Assembly (NCBI GenBank): GCA_963843845.1
Contig: CAWJMB010000002.1
Location: forward strand, 1,056,001-1,120,000
Source of the DNA: an uncultured Gemmatimonadaceae bacterium
Lineage (GTDB): Bacteria; Gemmatimonadota; Gemmatimonadetes; Gemmatimonadales; Gemmatimonadaceae
Direction: 5' to 3'
Length of the DNA stretch: 64,000 nt
Positions 21,835 through 30,847 of this stretch are shown piece by piece (the stretch's first letter is position 1; each line of letters begins with the position of its first letter). A program made the translations under genes and the position numbers. The notes under the pieces are model-generated. The model worked only from the letters and a program-made list of their open reading frames with translations. It was not told where the DNA came from and did not search any database.

Positions 21835-23217
21835 ATGCCCAGTGACCGCTACACCGACCTCGACACGTTCTTCGTCGCGAACTCGGCGCGTATCCGCGAC
21901 GAGCTGTTCGCTTTCCTCCGCATTCCGAGCGTCAGCGCCCGCTCCGAGCACGTCGCCGACATGCGTCGCGCCGCGGGATGGCTGCGCGACGCGATGACCG
22001 CGATCGGCCTGCGGACCGAGATCGCCGAGACGCCGGGGCACCCGATCGTACTGGGCGAGTGGCGGAACGCGGGCCCCGACCGGCCGACGCTGCTCATCTA
22101 CGGCCACTACGACGTGCAGCCGGCCGAGCCGCTGGAGCTGTGGGAGTCACCGGCGTTCGAGCCGACCGTGCGCGACGGCCGCATCTATGCGCGCGGCTCG
22201 GTCGACGACAAGGGACAGCTCTACGTGCACGTGAAGGCGCTCGAAGCCCATCTCAAGGTGCGCGGCGAGCTGCCGGTGAACGTGATCGTGCTCGCCGAGG
22301 GCGAGGAGGAAGTCGGGAGCGAACACCTCGAGCAGTTCATCCGCGCGAACGCCGAGCGGCTGGCGTGCGACGGCGTCGTCATCTCGGACTCGACGATGTT
22401 CGCGCCGGGGCAACCCTCGATCCTCTCGTCGCTGCGCGGGATGGCGTACTTCCAGATCGACGTGCACGGGCCGAGCGGGGATCTGCACTCGGGGATGTAC
22501 GGCGGCGCGGTCGTGAACCCGGCCATGGCGCTCGCTCGCATCCTGGCGACACTGCACGACGAGGACGGTCGCGTCGCGATCGAGGGGTTCTACGACGACG
22601 TGCACCCGTTCCCCGACGCCGTGCGCGAGGGGATGCGCGCCCTGCCGTTCGACGACGAAACGTTCCGCGCCGAGGTCGGCGCCCCGGCGCTCGGCGGCGA
22701 GCCCGGGTACACGGTGCTCGAGCGGCTGTGGACGCGGCCGACGTGCGAGGTGAACGGGCTGCTGTCCGGCTACACGGGGGAAGGCGCGAAGACGGTGCTC
22801 CCCGCGCAGGCGATGGCGAAGGTGAGCTGCCGCCTCGTTCCCGCGCAGGAGCCGGCGCGCATCGAGGCGCTGATGCAGGCGCATGTCGAGCGCGTCGCGC
22901 CCGCGGGCGTGACGGTCCGCGTGGAGCATCTGCACGGCGGGCGTCCGTGGCGCGCCGATCTCGAGGGCCCGCTGTTCGACGCCGCCCGCCGCGCGCTCGC
23001 CGGCGCGTTCCCGAACCCGCCCGTCGTCGTCGGCGAGGGGGGCTCGATCCCCGTGGTCGGCGACTTCGAGTCGATCCTCGGCGCACCGGTGCTGCTCGTC
23101 GGCTTCGGGCTGCCGGGGGAGAATGCGCACGCCCCGAACGAGTGGATCGCCGTCGAGAACTTCGAGCTCGGGATGCGGGCGATGGCGCGGCTGTACGCGG
23201 AGTACGGGATGACGTGA
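21835..23217 (+). CDS. M20 family dipeptidase
   Basis: LRIPSVSA, YGHYDVQP, RGSVDDKGQ, EGEEEVGS, DLHSG, GGSIP, AHAPNE. Confidence 0.92.
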   Translation: MPSDRYTDLDTFFVANSARIRDELFAFLRIPSVSARSEHVADMRRAAGWLRDAMTAIGLRTEIAETPGHPIVLGEWRNAGPDRPTLLIYGHYDVQPAEPLELWESPAFEPTVRDGRIYARGSVDDKGQLYVHVKALEAHLKVRGELPVNVIVLAEGEEEVGSEHLEQFIRANAERLACDGVVISDSTMFAPGQPSILSSLRGMAYFQIDVHGPSGDLHSGMYGGAVVNPAMALARILATLHDEDGRVAIEGFYDDVHPFPDAVREGMRALPFDDETFRAEVGAPALGGEPGYTVLERLWTRPTCEVNGLLSGYTGEGAKTVLPAQAMAKVSCRLVPAQEPARIEALMQAHVERVAPAGVTVRVEHLHGGRPWRADLEGPLFDAARRALAGAFPNPPVVVGEGGSIPVVGDFESILGAPVLLVGFGLPGENAHAPNEWIAVENFELGMRAMARLYAEYGMT

Positions 23218-23260
23218 ATGCGTCCGCAGGGTACGCGGCTTGCTCACCGTGCCGCTCACC

Positions 23261-25675
23261 ATGCCCTCTCGAACCCGCGCCCTCGCGCTCCTCGCGCAGG
23301 TAGCGGCTGCCGTGCTCGTCACGGTGGCCCCACCGGTACGCCCCGCCGCCGCCCAGTCGTTTCGCGACGACCGCGACCAGATGGAGCGCCGCGAGATCCG
23401 CGCCGTCGACTTCGGCGGCGTCAAGTCGGTCAAGCTCTCGGACTTGAAAGAGTCGCTGATGACGCAGCCGTCGGCGTGCAGCGGGCTGCTCTACACGCCC
23501 TTCTGCCTCGTCTCGAAGTCGCCCTACTTCTACGAGCGGCACTACTTCGACGAGCTCGAGTTCCGGCGCGACGTGCTGCGCATCCTCGTGTTCTACTACC
23601 GCCGCGGATGGCGCGATGCGCGCGTCGACACCGTGGTGACGCGCACCCCTGACGAGATCCGCATCCGCTTCGACGTCACCGAGGGGGCGCCGACGCTCGT
23701 CGACACCGTCGTCGTGGCCGGGCTGCCGCAGGGCGTGCGCCGACCGCGCCGGTCGGGCGCCGGCCGCCGCAACATGCTCAGCCCGGGCGAGCCGCTGAAC
23801 ACGATCAAGCTCGACTCGCTCGTCGTCCGGATTCGCGAGTCGCTGCTCGACCGCGGCTACGGCAATGCCGTCGTCGAGGCGCCGCGGATCGACGAGGACA
23901 GCGCCGCGCGCCGCGCGCGCGTCACGATCGCGACCCGCCCCGGCCCGCTCACGCCGATCGCCCGCATCGACGTCGTGCGCCTGACCGGGGACTCGACGGT
24001 GAGCGACGAGACGATCCGCAACTCGCTCACCGTCAAGCCCGGCGACCTGCTCCGTCGCCGCCGCGTCGCCGAGAGCCAGCGCGCGCTGTACGAGTCGGGG
24101 CTCTTTCGCAGCGCGCTGATCGACACCGCCGTCACGACCGACGCGGCGAACGGTCGCACGATCTGCGCGCAGCAGGGAAGCGGCTCGCCGCCGAGCCAGC
24201 TGACGGCGCGCGCGGCCACCGACTCGACGAAGAACCTCGTGGTGTGCGTCATCGGCGGACAGCTGCACGACGCACGCGTCGGCGTCGGCTTCACGACGGC
24301 GGACTTCGTCGCCGTGCAGGGCGCCTACAACGACAACTACTGGCTCGGCGGGCCGCGGCGCCTCTCGATCACCGGCACGGTCGGCAACCTCGGCGCGCGG
24401 CAACTCAACGGGCGCGCGCCCTTCTTCGACATCTTCAGCAGCATCCCGGAGAACCAGCAGGACGACCGCTTCTACCGGCCGACCTATCAGGCCGGCGCCG
24501 ACGTGCGGTGGCGCTGGCTCGGGTCGCCGCGCAACACGTTCGGCACCGGCATCTTCGCGAGCCGCCGCTCGTCGCCCGGCGTGTTCATCGACCGCAGCTA
24601 CGGCGCGAACGCCGCCTTCACGCGTACCCTCACGCCGCAGCTGCCGGTCAGTGCGACGTACCGCTTCGAGCTCAACCGCGTCGAAGCCGGCGACATCTAC
24701 TTCTGCGTGAACTTCGGCGTCTGCGATTTCCAGACGATCGACGCGCTGAGCGGGCGGCAGAGTCTTTCGCCGTTCGCGCTCTCGAGCTCCGTCGCGACGA
24801 CCGACGACCCACTCGAGCCGACGACCGGCTACACCGGGCGCCTCGGATTCGAGCACGCGTCGAAGGTCACGTTGAGCGACTACCGCTACAACCGCGCGAG
24901 CGCCGACGGCGCGACCTACTTCCGCCTGCCGTTCCGCCGCGCGATCCTCGCCGTGCACGCACAGATCGGCTACGTCCGCGCGCTCGGCAGCACGAACGCG
25001 GCGGTCGGCGTCGCGGGGGGCGGCGCGGTGCTGCATCCGAGCAAGCGGTTCTACGCCGGCGGCTCGCAGAGCGTGCGCGGCTTCGGCGAGAATCAGCTCG
25101 GCCCGCGCGTCCTGACGGTGGACCCGAACGCGATTCGAGGGCGCGACTCCGACGACGCGACGGCGACCTGTCCTGCGACGACGGCGTCCACGCTCGCCGC
25201 CTGCTTCGCGCAGCGCGGAGACTCGATCACCGACGAGAACTTCGCCGAACGGCCGTTGGGCGGCACGGCGGTCGTCGCCGGCAATCTCGAGGTCCGCGTG
25301 CCGATCGCCGGCCCGCTCATCGGCGCCATCTTTCTCGACGGCGCGCTGCTCGGCGAACGGTCGTTAGGCGATTTCACGAACAGCACGGGCGCGATCACGC
25401 CAGGCTTCGGCGTGCGCTACCTGTCGCCCGTCGGGCCGATCCGCGTCGATGTCGGCTTCCGGCCGAAGCTGCAGGAGGCGCTGCCGGTGCTGACGCAGGT
25501 GACCGACGCGAGCGGCGTGCGCCGGCTCGTGGACCTCACCGGCGGGCGCGGCTGCACCGGCTCCAGCACCGCAGCCGACGGCTGCCGCCTGTTCCCCCTC
25601 CGCGAGAGCGACAAGGCGATCAGCCGCTTTCTGAACCGACTCACGCTTCATCTCTCCATCGGAGAGGCATTCTGA
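23261..25675 (+). CDS. tamA: BamA/TamA family outer-membrane protein with POTRA domains
   Basis: Signal peptide, POTRA-like repeats, FYAGGSQSVRGF, GFGVRYLSPVGPIRVD, terminal SIGEAF. Overlaps tamB. Confidence 0.88.
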   Translation: MPSRTRALALLAQVAAAVLVTVAPPVRPAAAQSFRDDRDQMERREIRAVDFGGVKSVKLSDLKESLMTQPSACSGLLYTPFCLVSKSPYFYERHYFDELEFRRDVLRILVFYYRRGWRDARVDTVVTRTPDEIRIRFDVTEGAPTLVDTVVVAGLPQGVRRPRRSGAGRRNMLSPGEPLNTIKLDSLVVRIRESLLDRGYGNAVVEAPRIDEDSAARRARVTIATRPGPLTPIARIDVVRLTGDSTVSDETIRNSLTVKPGDLLRRRRVAESQRALYESGLFRSALIDTAVTTDAANGRTICAQQGSGSPPSQLTARAATDSTKNLVVCVIGGQLHDARVGVGFTTADFVAVQGAYNDNYWLGGPRRLSITGTVGNLGARQLNGRAPFFDIFSSIPENQQDDRFYRPTYQAGADVRWRWLGSPRNTFGTGIFASRRSSPGVFIDRSYGANAAFTRTLTPQLPVSATYRFELNRVEAGDIYFCVNFGVCDFQTIDALSGRQSLSPFALSSSVATTDDPLEPTTGYTGRLGFEHASKVTLSDYRYNRASADGATYFRLPFRRAILAVHAQIGYVRALGSTNAAVGVAGGGAVLHPSKRFYAGGSQSVRGFGENQLGPRVLTVDPNAIRGRDSDDATATCPATTASTLAACFAQRGDSITDENFAERPLGGTAVVAGNLEVRVPIAGPLIGAIFLDGALLGERSLGDFTNSTGAITPGFGVRYLSPVGPIRVDVGFRPKLQEALPVLTQVTDASGVRRLVDLTGGRGCTGSSTAADGCRLFPLRESDKAISRFLNRLTLHLSIGEAF

Positions 25676-28600
25676 TGGCAGACGAATCGCAACAGCAGGC
25701 GCCGACCGATCGCACGCCGCCGGGTGGGCACCCGCACCACCACCGCGGCCGTCGCATCGCGCTCATCGCGGTCACCGCGCTCCTCGGCGTCGTCGCACTG
25801 GCCGTCGTCGCCGTGCTCGTCGTCACGAACACGGACTGGGGGCGCGAGCAGCTGCGCCGCCGGGTCGTCGCGATCCTCAACGACACGGCGCACGGCACCG
25901 TGCGCGTGGGGCGCATCAGCGGCAACCTGCTGAAGGGGATCACGCTGCACGACGTCGCGATCACCGACTCGGCGAACGCGCCGTTCCTCGCGCTCGATTC
26001 GGTGACGACGCGCTACGGCATCCGCTCCTTCATCTCGAAGAAGATCGAGCTGACGGATCTCACGGTGTGGCGTCCGATCCTCGTGCTCGACCGACCGCCG
26101 GGCGGCGAGTGGAACTACGCGCGCATCTTCCCGAGCGACACGACGCAGACGGCCAAGGATTCGACGACGCTCGCGTTCGGCGAGTGGATCGTGCTGCACG
26201 ACGTGAAGGTGCGGAACGGCGACGTCACGGTGCGCATACCGTGGGCGCCCGACACGTCGCTCGCCGGCGCGGCACGCGACAGCGTCATCCGCGTCACTCT
26301 CGACACGACGACCGTGCTGCCGCGGCAGCGCGTCGTGCAGGTCGCCGGTGGCTATCAGCAGGTGCAGCGCTTTCACCAGCTGACGGCGGTGTTTCCGCTG
26401 CTGCAGCTCGCGAAGCCGAACGAGCGCGCGCGGCGCGTCGAGATCGACAGTCTCGCGGTAGCGGCATACCCGTTCCGCCGGCCAGGCGCGCAGGTGCAGC
26501 AGGCGCGCGGCCTCGTCCTGATCGACGCGGACTCGCTCTGGTTCCGCGATCTCGCGGCGCAGCTCCCGAACTCGCGCGCGACGCTGACGGGCACGTACGG
26601 ACTGAACACGAGCGACCTCATGATCGCCGGCCGCGCCGCGCCGGCCGACCTGCACGACGTTCGCTTTCTCTACCCGGCGCTCCCCGACACCGGCACCGCG
26701 ACGACGGACTTCCGCGTCGCGCTGCTGGGGAACGGCGGCTTCGCGCTCCGCTTCTCGGGGCTCGACCTGCGCTCGGAGCAGACGACCATGCAGGGCGACC
26801 TCGGGATCAGCTTCCTGCCCGACCTGCGCATCGACACGACGAACGTGCGCTTCAGCGGCCTCACGACCGGGCTGCTCGCGCAGCTCGTGCCTGCCGCGGT
26901 ATCGCCGTACCGCGGCACGTTGGGCGGGCGCGTCTCGGCCGACGGCGATCTCGCCGAGCTGACGCTCGACGCCGACGTCACGTTCGACGAGGTGCGCACC
27001 GGCCGCAGCCGGGTCGTCGCGACCGGGAGCGTGGGTGCGGAGAGCACGGTCGTCTCCGCGCGGCAGCTGCGCCTGCGCTTCCTGCCGGTGCAGGTGGCGC
27101 TCGCGCGGCAGTACATGGCGACGCTCCCCGTCGGCGGCACGATCACCGGCAGCGCGATCGTGCAGGGCGCGACCGACCGCCGGCTCGACGTCACGGGCAT
27201 CGACCTGACGCACCTCGACCGTGGCGCGACGTCGCGTGTCGGCGGGCGCGCGTCGGTCGCGTTGGGCGGGGCGTCGTCGGCTGGCCGCGGCGCCGGCGAC
27301 CGTCGCGCGCCCTCGCGCGACGAGTTGCGCCGCGACGCGACGTCGCCGGCGCCGCGCCGAGAGCAGGACCGCCCGCGCGTCGCGACCGCCACGCGCAGCG
27401 GCGCGCGCCCGAACCCCTGGTTCGACGTCGACCTCGACGCGCGTCCGCTGTCGCTCGTCACGGTAGGGCGCTTCGCTCCGGCATTAGGCCTCCGCGGCAC
27501 CGCGCGCGGTCCGATCCGCGCCCGCGGCACGATGGAGAGCTTCTCCGTGAACTCGGCGCTCGCCCTCACCGACGGAGGGCGCGTCTCGGTCGCCGGCACG
27601 CTCGGGCTGGGCGTCGTCCCGACGTACGACCTGCGCACGACGATGGCGCTGTTCAACGCGAACGCCGTCGTCGCGAAGGCGCCGTCGACGTCGATCACGG
27701 CGCGGGCGACCGTCGCGGGGCGCGGCAGCGACCCGGCGACGATGGTCGCACGACTGTCGGCCGACGTCAGCACGTCGCGCATCGACACCGTCGCCATCGA
27801 TTCGTCGCGCGCCCGCCTCCGCATCGCGAACGCCATGCTGAGCGTGGACACGCTCGCCGTGCGCGCGCCGGGAACGCAGGTGGACGTGGAGGGGATCTTC
27901 GGGCTCGATTCGCTGCACACCGGCGAGCTCGCCTATCGCGTGAACGTCGACTCGATCTCGGCGCTCGCGCGCTACATCCCGCGGCTCCAGGGGAAGGTCG
28001 AGCCGCGCCCGGCGATCCTCGCCGAGCGACTCGCGCAGGCGCGGGCCGACTCCGCGCGCGTCTCGCAGCGGAACGCCGTGCGCATCGCCGTCGGCGAGCG
28101 ACCGGCCCCGCCGACCGTCGTCGTCGACACGCCGCTCACGATCGCGAAAGACTCGCTCGCCGGCTCGGCGCGCGCCGAGGGGACGCTGCGGGGCAACATC
28201 GACCGGTTCGACGCGAAGGGGAACGCGAGCGCCGAGAACCTGATCGCGTTAGGCAACGCCGTGCGCCGCCTGCGGCTCGCCTACGCCGGCACCGCGATCC
28301 GCTCGAGCGAGCAGTCGTTCGCCGCCGCGGCGGTCGCCGACTCGCTCCTCCTCAGCGGCTTCGCGCTCGACTCGATCGACGTGCGGACGACGTACCGCGA
28401 GCCGGGCGGCAACCTGCAGCTCGCGGTCTTCCAGCGGCAGGCGAGCGACCTCGCCGTGCGCGCCGACTTCGGCATCTACCCGGACCGCAAGGAGCTGTTG
28501 CTCGGCCGCCTCGCGCTGCGCTTCGACTCGACGCTCTGGGCGGCGCCGCACGCGAGCGCCGTGCGCTGGGGCCAGCCGGGTCTCGAGATCGACAACGTCG

Positions 28601-30567
28601 AGCTGACGAACGCACTCGGCGGGCGGATCTACGCGAGCGGACGGCTGCCGACCGGCGGCACGGCGGATCTGCGCGTGCAGGTCAGCGACTTCCAGGTCGC
28701 CGACATCGCGGGGCTGTTGCAGAGCGACGTGCCCGTGCGCGCACTCGTCGACCTCGACGCGCAGGTCAGGGGGCCGCTCACCGCGCCGATCATCACGGCC
28801 ACCGCGGCGCTCGACAGCGCGACGTATCGCGGCACGGTGCTCCCCGACGTGCGCGCCGCCATCGACTACGCCGACCAGCGTCTCGGCGCACGGGCGGAGG
28901 CGCGCGGCAGTCTCCGCGCGACGCTCGCGACCGCGCAGGGCGCGCGGGTCGCGCAGACGCTTCCCGACACCGGCCGCACGCTGGCGATCGTCACGGCGAG
29001 TGTTCCGATCAATCTCGCGCTCGAGGGCGTGGACTCGACGCAGAAGCGGCTCGCCGACGACGCGCCGCTCGTCGCCGAGCTTCGCGCCGACAGTCTGCCG
29101 CTCGACCTCGCGAGCCGCTTCACCGACGCGCTCGCCGACGTGCGCGGCCTCGCACGCGGGACCGGCGCCGTCAGCGGCACGATCAAGAACCCGACGTACA
29201 CGGGGAAGATCGCGCTCGTCGACGCCGGCTTCCGCGTCACGGCGGCCGGGATCACGATGAAGGACGTGAACGGCTCGCTCACGCTGCGCGGCGACTCGGT
29301 CGTCATCGACTCGATCGCCGGCCGCAGCGACGGGCGCATCGCGATCGCGGGGGGCGTCGGCATCAAGAACCCCGCCGAGCCGAGCTTCGACGTGCGCGTG
29401 TCGGTGGCCGATGCGACGATCCTCGACAACGAGATCGGCCGCATCAAGGCCAACGCGCAGATCGCCGCCTACGGGCCGTACACGGGCCTGTTCGTGAGCG
29501 GTGGCGCGCGCGTGCTGGGCGGCGTGCTGTACATTCCCGAGTCGGACAACAAGACGGTCATCGGCGCCGGCGATCCCACGGTGTTCGCGGTCATCGACAC
29601 GGCGCGGCTGACCGACAGCGACCTGATCCCGGCCGAGAACCCGCTGCTCGCGAACCTGCGCACCGACATCTCGTTGGGCGTCGACCGCGACACGTGGGTG
29701 CGATCGCGCGAGGCGAACGTCGAGTTCTACAGCGATGGCGACCTGCGCGTCCGCGTCGAGCGCGCGAAGAGCGCGATCGTGCTCGACGGCATCGTCAACA
29801 CCGACCGCGGCCAGTACACGTTCCTCGGCAAGCGCTTCCAGGTGAAGAGCGGGTCGGCCACGTTCATCGGCACGCAGGAGCTCGACCCGAACCTGCAGGT
29901 CGTCGCCGAGTACGAGGTGCCGCAGGGGCGCCCGCCGCTGACGATCAAGATTCTGATCGGCGGCACCGTACTCGCGCCGCGCATCTCGCTGCAGAGCGAC
30001 GCGCAGCCGCCGATCGCGCAGTCGGACCTGCTGAGCTACCTCGCGTTCGGCAACAACACCGGCGCCCTGCTCTCGTTGGGCAGCGGGTCGAGCGTCAGCG
30101 GCTCGACGTCGGGGGGCGGGCTCGTCGGCACGACGGCGGCGTTCGCGCAGAAGCAGCTCATCGGCGTCGCGTTGGGCGCCGCGGTCGATCAGCTCGAGAG
30201 CAAGGCCGGCCGGTCGTTGGGCGCGGACGTGTTCAACATCACGCCGGTCCCCGGCCTGCCCGACGAGCTGGCCGGCAACTTCGGCGGCGGGCTGCAGCAG
30301 TTCGTGCGCGGAACGCAGATCGAGTTCGGCAAGTACTTCAACCGCCAGCTCTACGTCGCCGTGCAGGCGACGCCGCTCTTCTTCGAGAGCGCGCCGTACG
30401 TGCCGGGCTTCGTGGCGCAGTACCGGTTCTCGCGCTTCTCGGGGCTGTCGATCGAGTCGACGTACCAGCCGCGGTACTTCCTCCCGCCGCCGTCGCTGAC
30501 GGCGGACCAGAACATTTCGCCGAGGAATGCGCTGGGGGTCTTCCTGATCCGCAACTGGCGGTTCTGA
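25675..30567 (+). CDS. tamB: Translocation and assembly module protein TamB (AsmA-like)
   Basis: ATG 25675 overlaps the tamA stop (TGATG). N-terminal TM helix, long beta-rich body, DUF490-like end (GQYTFLGKRF, DLLSYLAFG, EFGKYF). Confidence 0.88.
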   Translation: MADESQQQAPTDRTPPGGHPHHHRGRRIALIAVTALLGVVALAVVAVLVVTNTDWGREQLRRRVVAILNDTAHGTVRVGRISGNLLKGITLHDVAITDSANAPFLALDSVTTRYGIRSFISKKIELTDLTVWRPILVLDRPPGGEWNYARIFPSDTTQTAKDSTTLAFGEWIVLHDVKVRNGDVTVRIPWAPDTSLAGAARDSVIRVTLDTTTVLPRQRVVQVAGGYQQVQRFHQLTAVFPLLQLAKPNERARRVEIDSLAVAAYPFRRPGAQVQQARGLVLIDADSLWFRDLAAQLPNSRATLTGTYGLNTSDLMIAGRAAPADLHDVRFLYPALPDTGTATTDFRVALLGNGGFALRFSGLDLRSEQTTMQGDLGISFLPDLRIDTTNVRFSGLTTGLLAQLVPAAVSPYRGTLGGRVSADGDLAELTLDADVTFDEVRTGRSRVVATGSVGAESTVVSARQLRLRFLPVQVALARQYMATLPVGGTITGSAIVQGATDRRLDVTGIDLTHLDRGATSRVGGRASVALGGASSAGRGAGDRRAPSRDELRRDATSPAPRREQDRPRVATATRSGARPNPWFDVDLDARPLSLVTVGRFAPALGLRGTARGPIRARGTMESFSVNSALALTDGGRVSVAGTLGLGVVPTYDLRTTMALFNANAVVAKAPSTSITARATVAGRGSDPATMVARLSADVSTSRIDTVAIDSSRARLRIANAMLSVDTLAVRAPGTQVDVEGIFGLDSLHTGELAYRVNVDSISALARYIPRLQGKVEPRPAILAERLAQARADSARVSQRNAVRIAVGERPAPPTVVVDTPLTIAKDSLAGSARAEGTLRGNIDRFDAKGNASAENLIALGNAVRRLRLAYAGTAIRSSEQSFAAAAVADSLLLSGFALDSIDVRTTYREPGGNLQLAVFQRQASDLAVRADFGIYPDRKELLLGRLALRFDSTLWAAPHASAVRWGQPGLEIDNVELTNALGGRIYASGRLPTGGTADLRVQVSDFQVADIAGLLQSDVPVRALVDLDAQVRGPLTAPIITATAALDSATYRGTVLPDVRAAIDYADQRLGARAEARGSLRATLATAQGARVAQTLPDTGRTLAIVTASVPINLALEGVDSTQKRLADDAPLVAELRADSLPLDLASRFTDALADVRGLARGTGAVSGTIKNPTYTGKIALVDAGFRVTAAGITMKDVNGSLTLRGDSVVIDSIAGRSDGRIAIAGGVGIKNPAEPSFDVRVSVADATILDNEIGRIKANAQIAAYGPYTGLFVSGGARVLGGVLYIPESDNKTVIGAGDPTVFAVIDTARLTDSDLIPAENPLLANLRTDISLGVDRDTWVRSREANVEFYSDGDLRVRVERAKSAIVLDGIVNTDRGQYTFLGKRFQVKSGSATFIGTQELDPNLQVVAEYEVPQGRPPLTIKILIGGTVLAPRISLQSDAQPPIAQSDLLSYLAFGNNTGALLSLGSGSSVSGSTSGGGLVGTTAAFAQKQLIGVALGAAVDQLESKAGRSLGADVFNITPVPGLPDELAGNFGGGLQQFVRGTQIEFGKYFNRQLYVAVQATPLFFESAPYVPGFVAQYRFSRFSGLSIESTYQPRYFLPPPSLTADQNISPRNALGVFLIRNWRF

Positions 30568-30576
30568 GAATTCCAT

Positions 30577-30815
30577 GGCGCGGTCGATACGGCACCGACG
30601 ATGAACCGTGAGTGCGCGGGCGACCGGGCGCCGGCGGTGAAGCGCTGAAGCGGGAGCAGCGGAAGAAAGGCATGGCCTGGTTCTCGGCATCGAGACACCA
30701 GGCCATGCGCTCGTTACGCCCGTCCGAATTCCACGCCGTCCCGCCCGCGCTTCACCGACAGCGCCGTATCGCCCGCGTCGTCACGGTTCACCGCCCCCGC
30801 CGTATCGACCCCGCC
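30577..30815. repeat. Long nested imperfect palindrome (~240 nt) between convergent tamB and rho
   Basis: At least six nested complementary blocks around a central hairpin; see findings. Confidence 0.8.
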
Positions 30816-30847
30816 CAACCGACCCCGCCCCTGGCGACAGCGAGCGA

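Noticed and set aside
26067..30690. Very long overlapping and antisense ORFs (1514 aa, 813 aa and many similar across the window)
   Set aside because: Expected shadow ORFs in very GC-rich DNA; Arg/Ala/Pro-rich with no motifs.
30577..30815. Assignment of the long hairpin as 6S, SRP, tmRNA or RNase P RNA
   Set aside because: I could not identify the diagnostic conserved motifs of any of these by eye, so it is left as an unassigned structured element.
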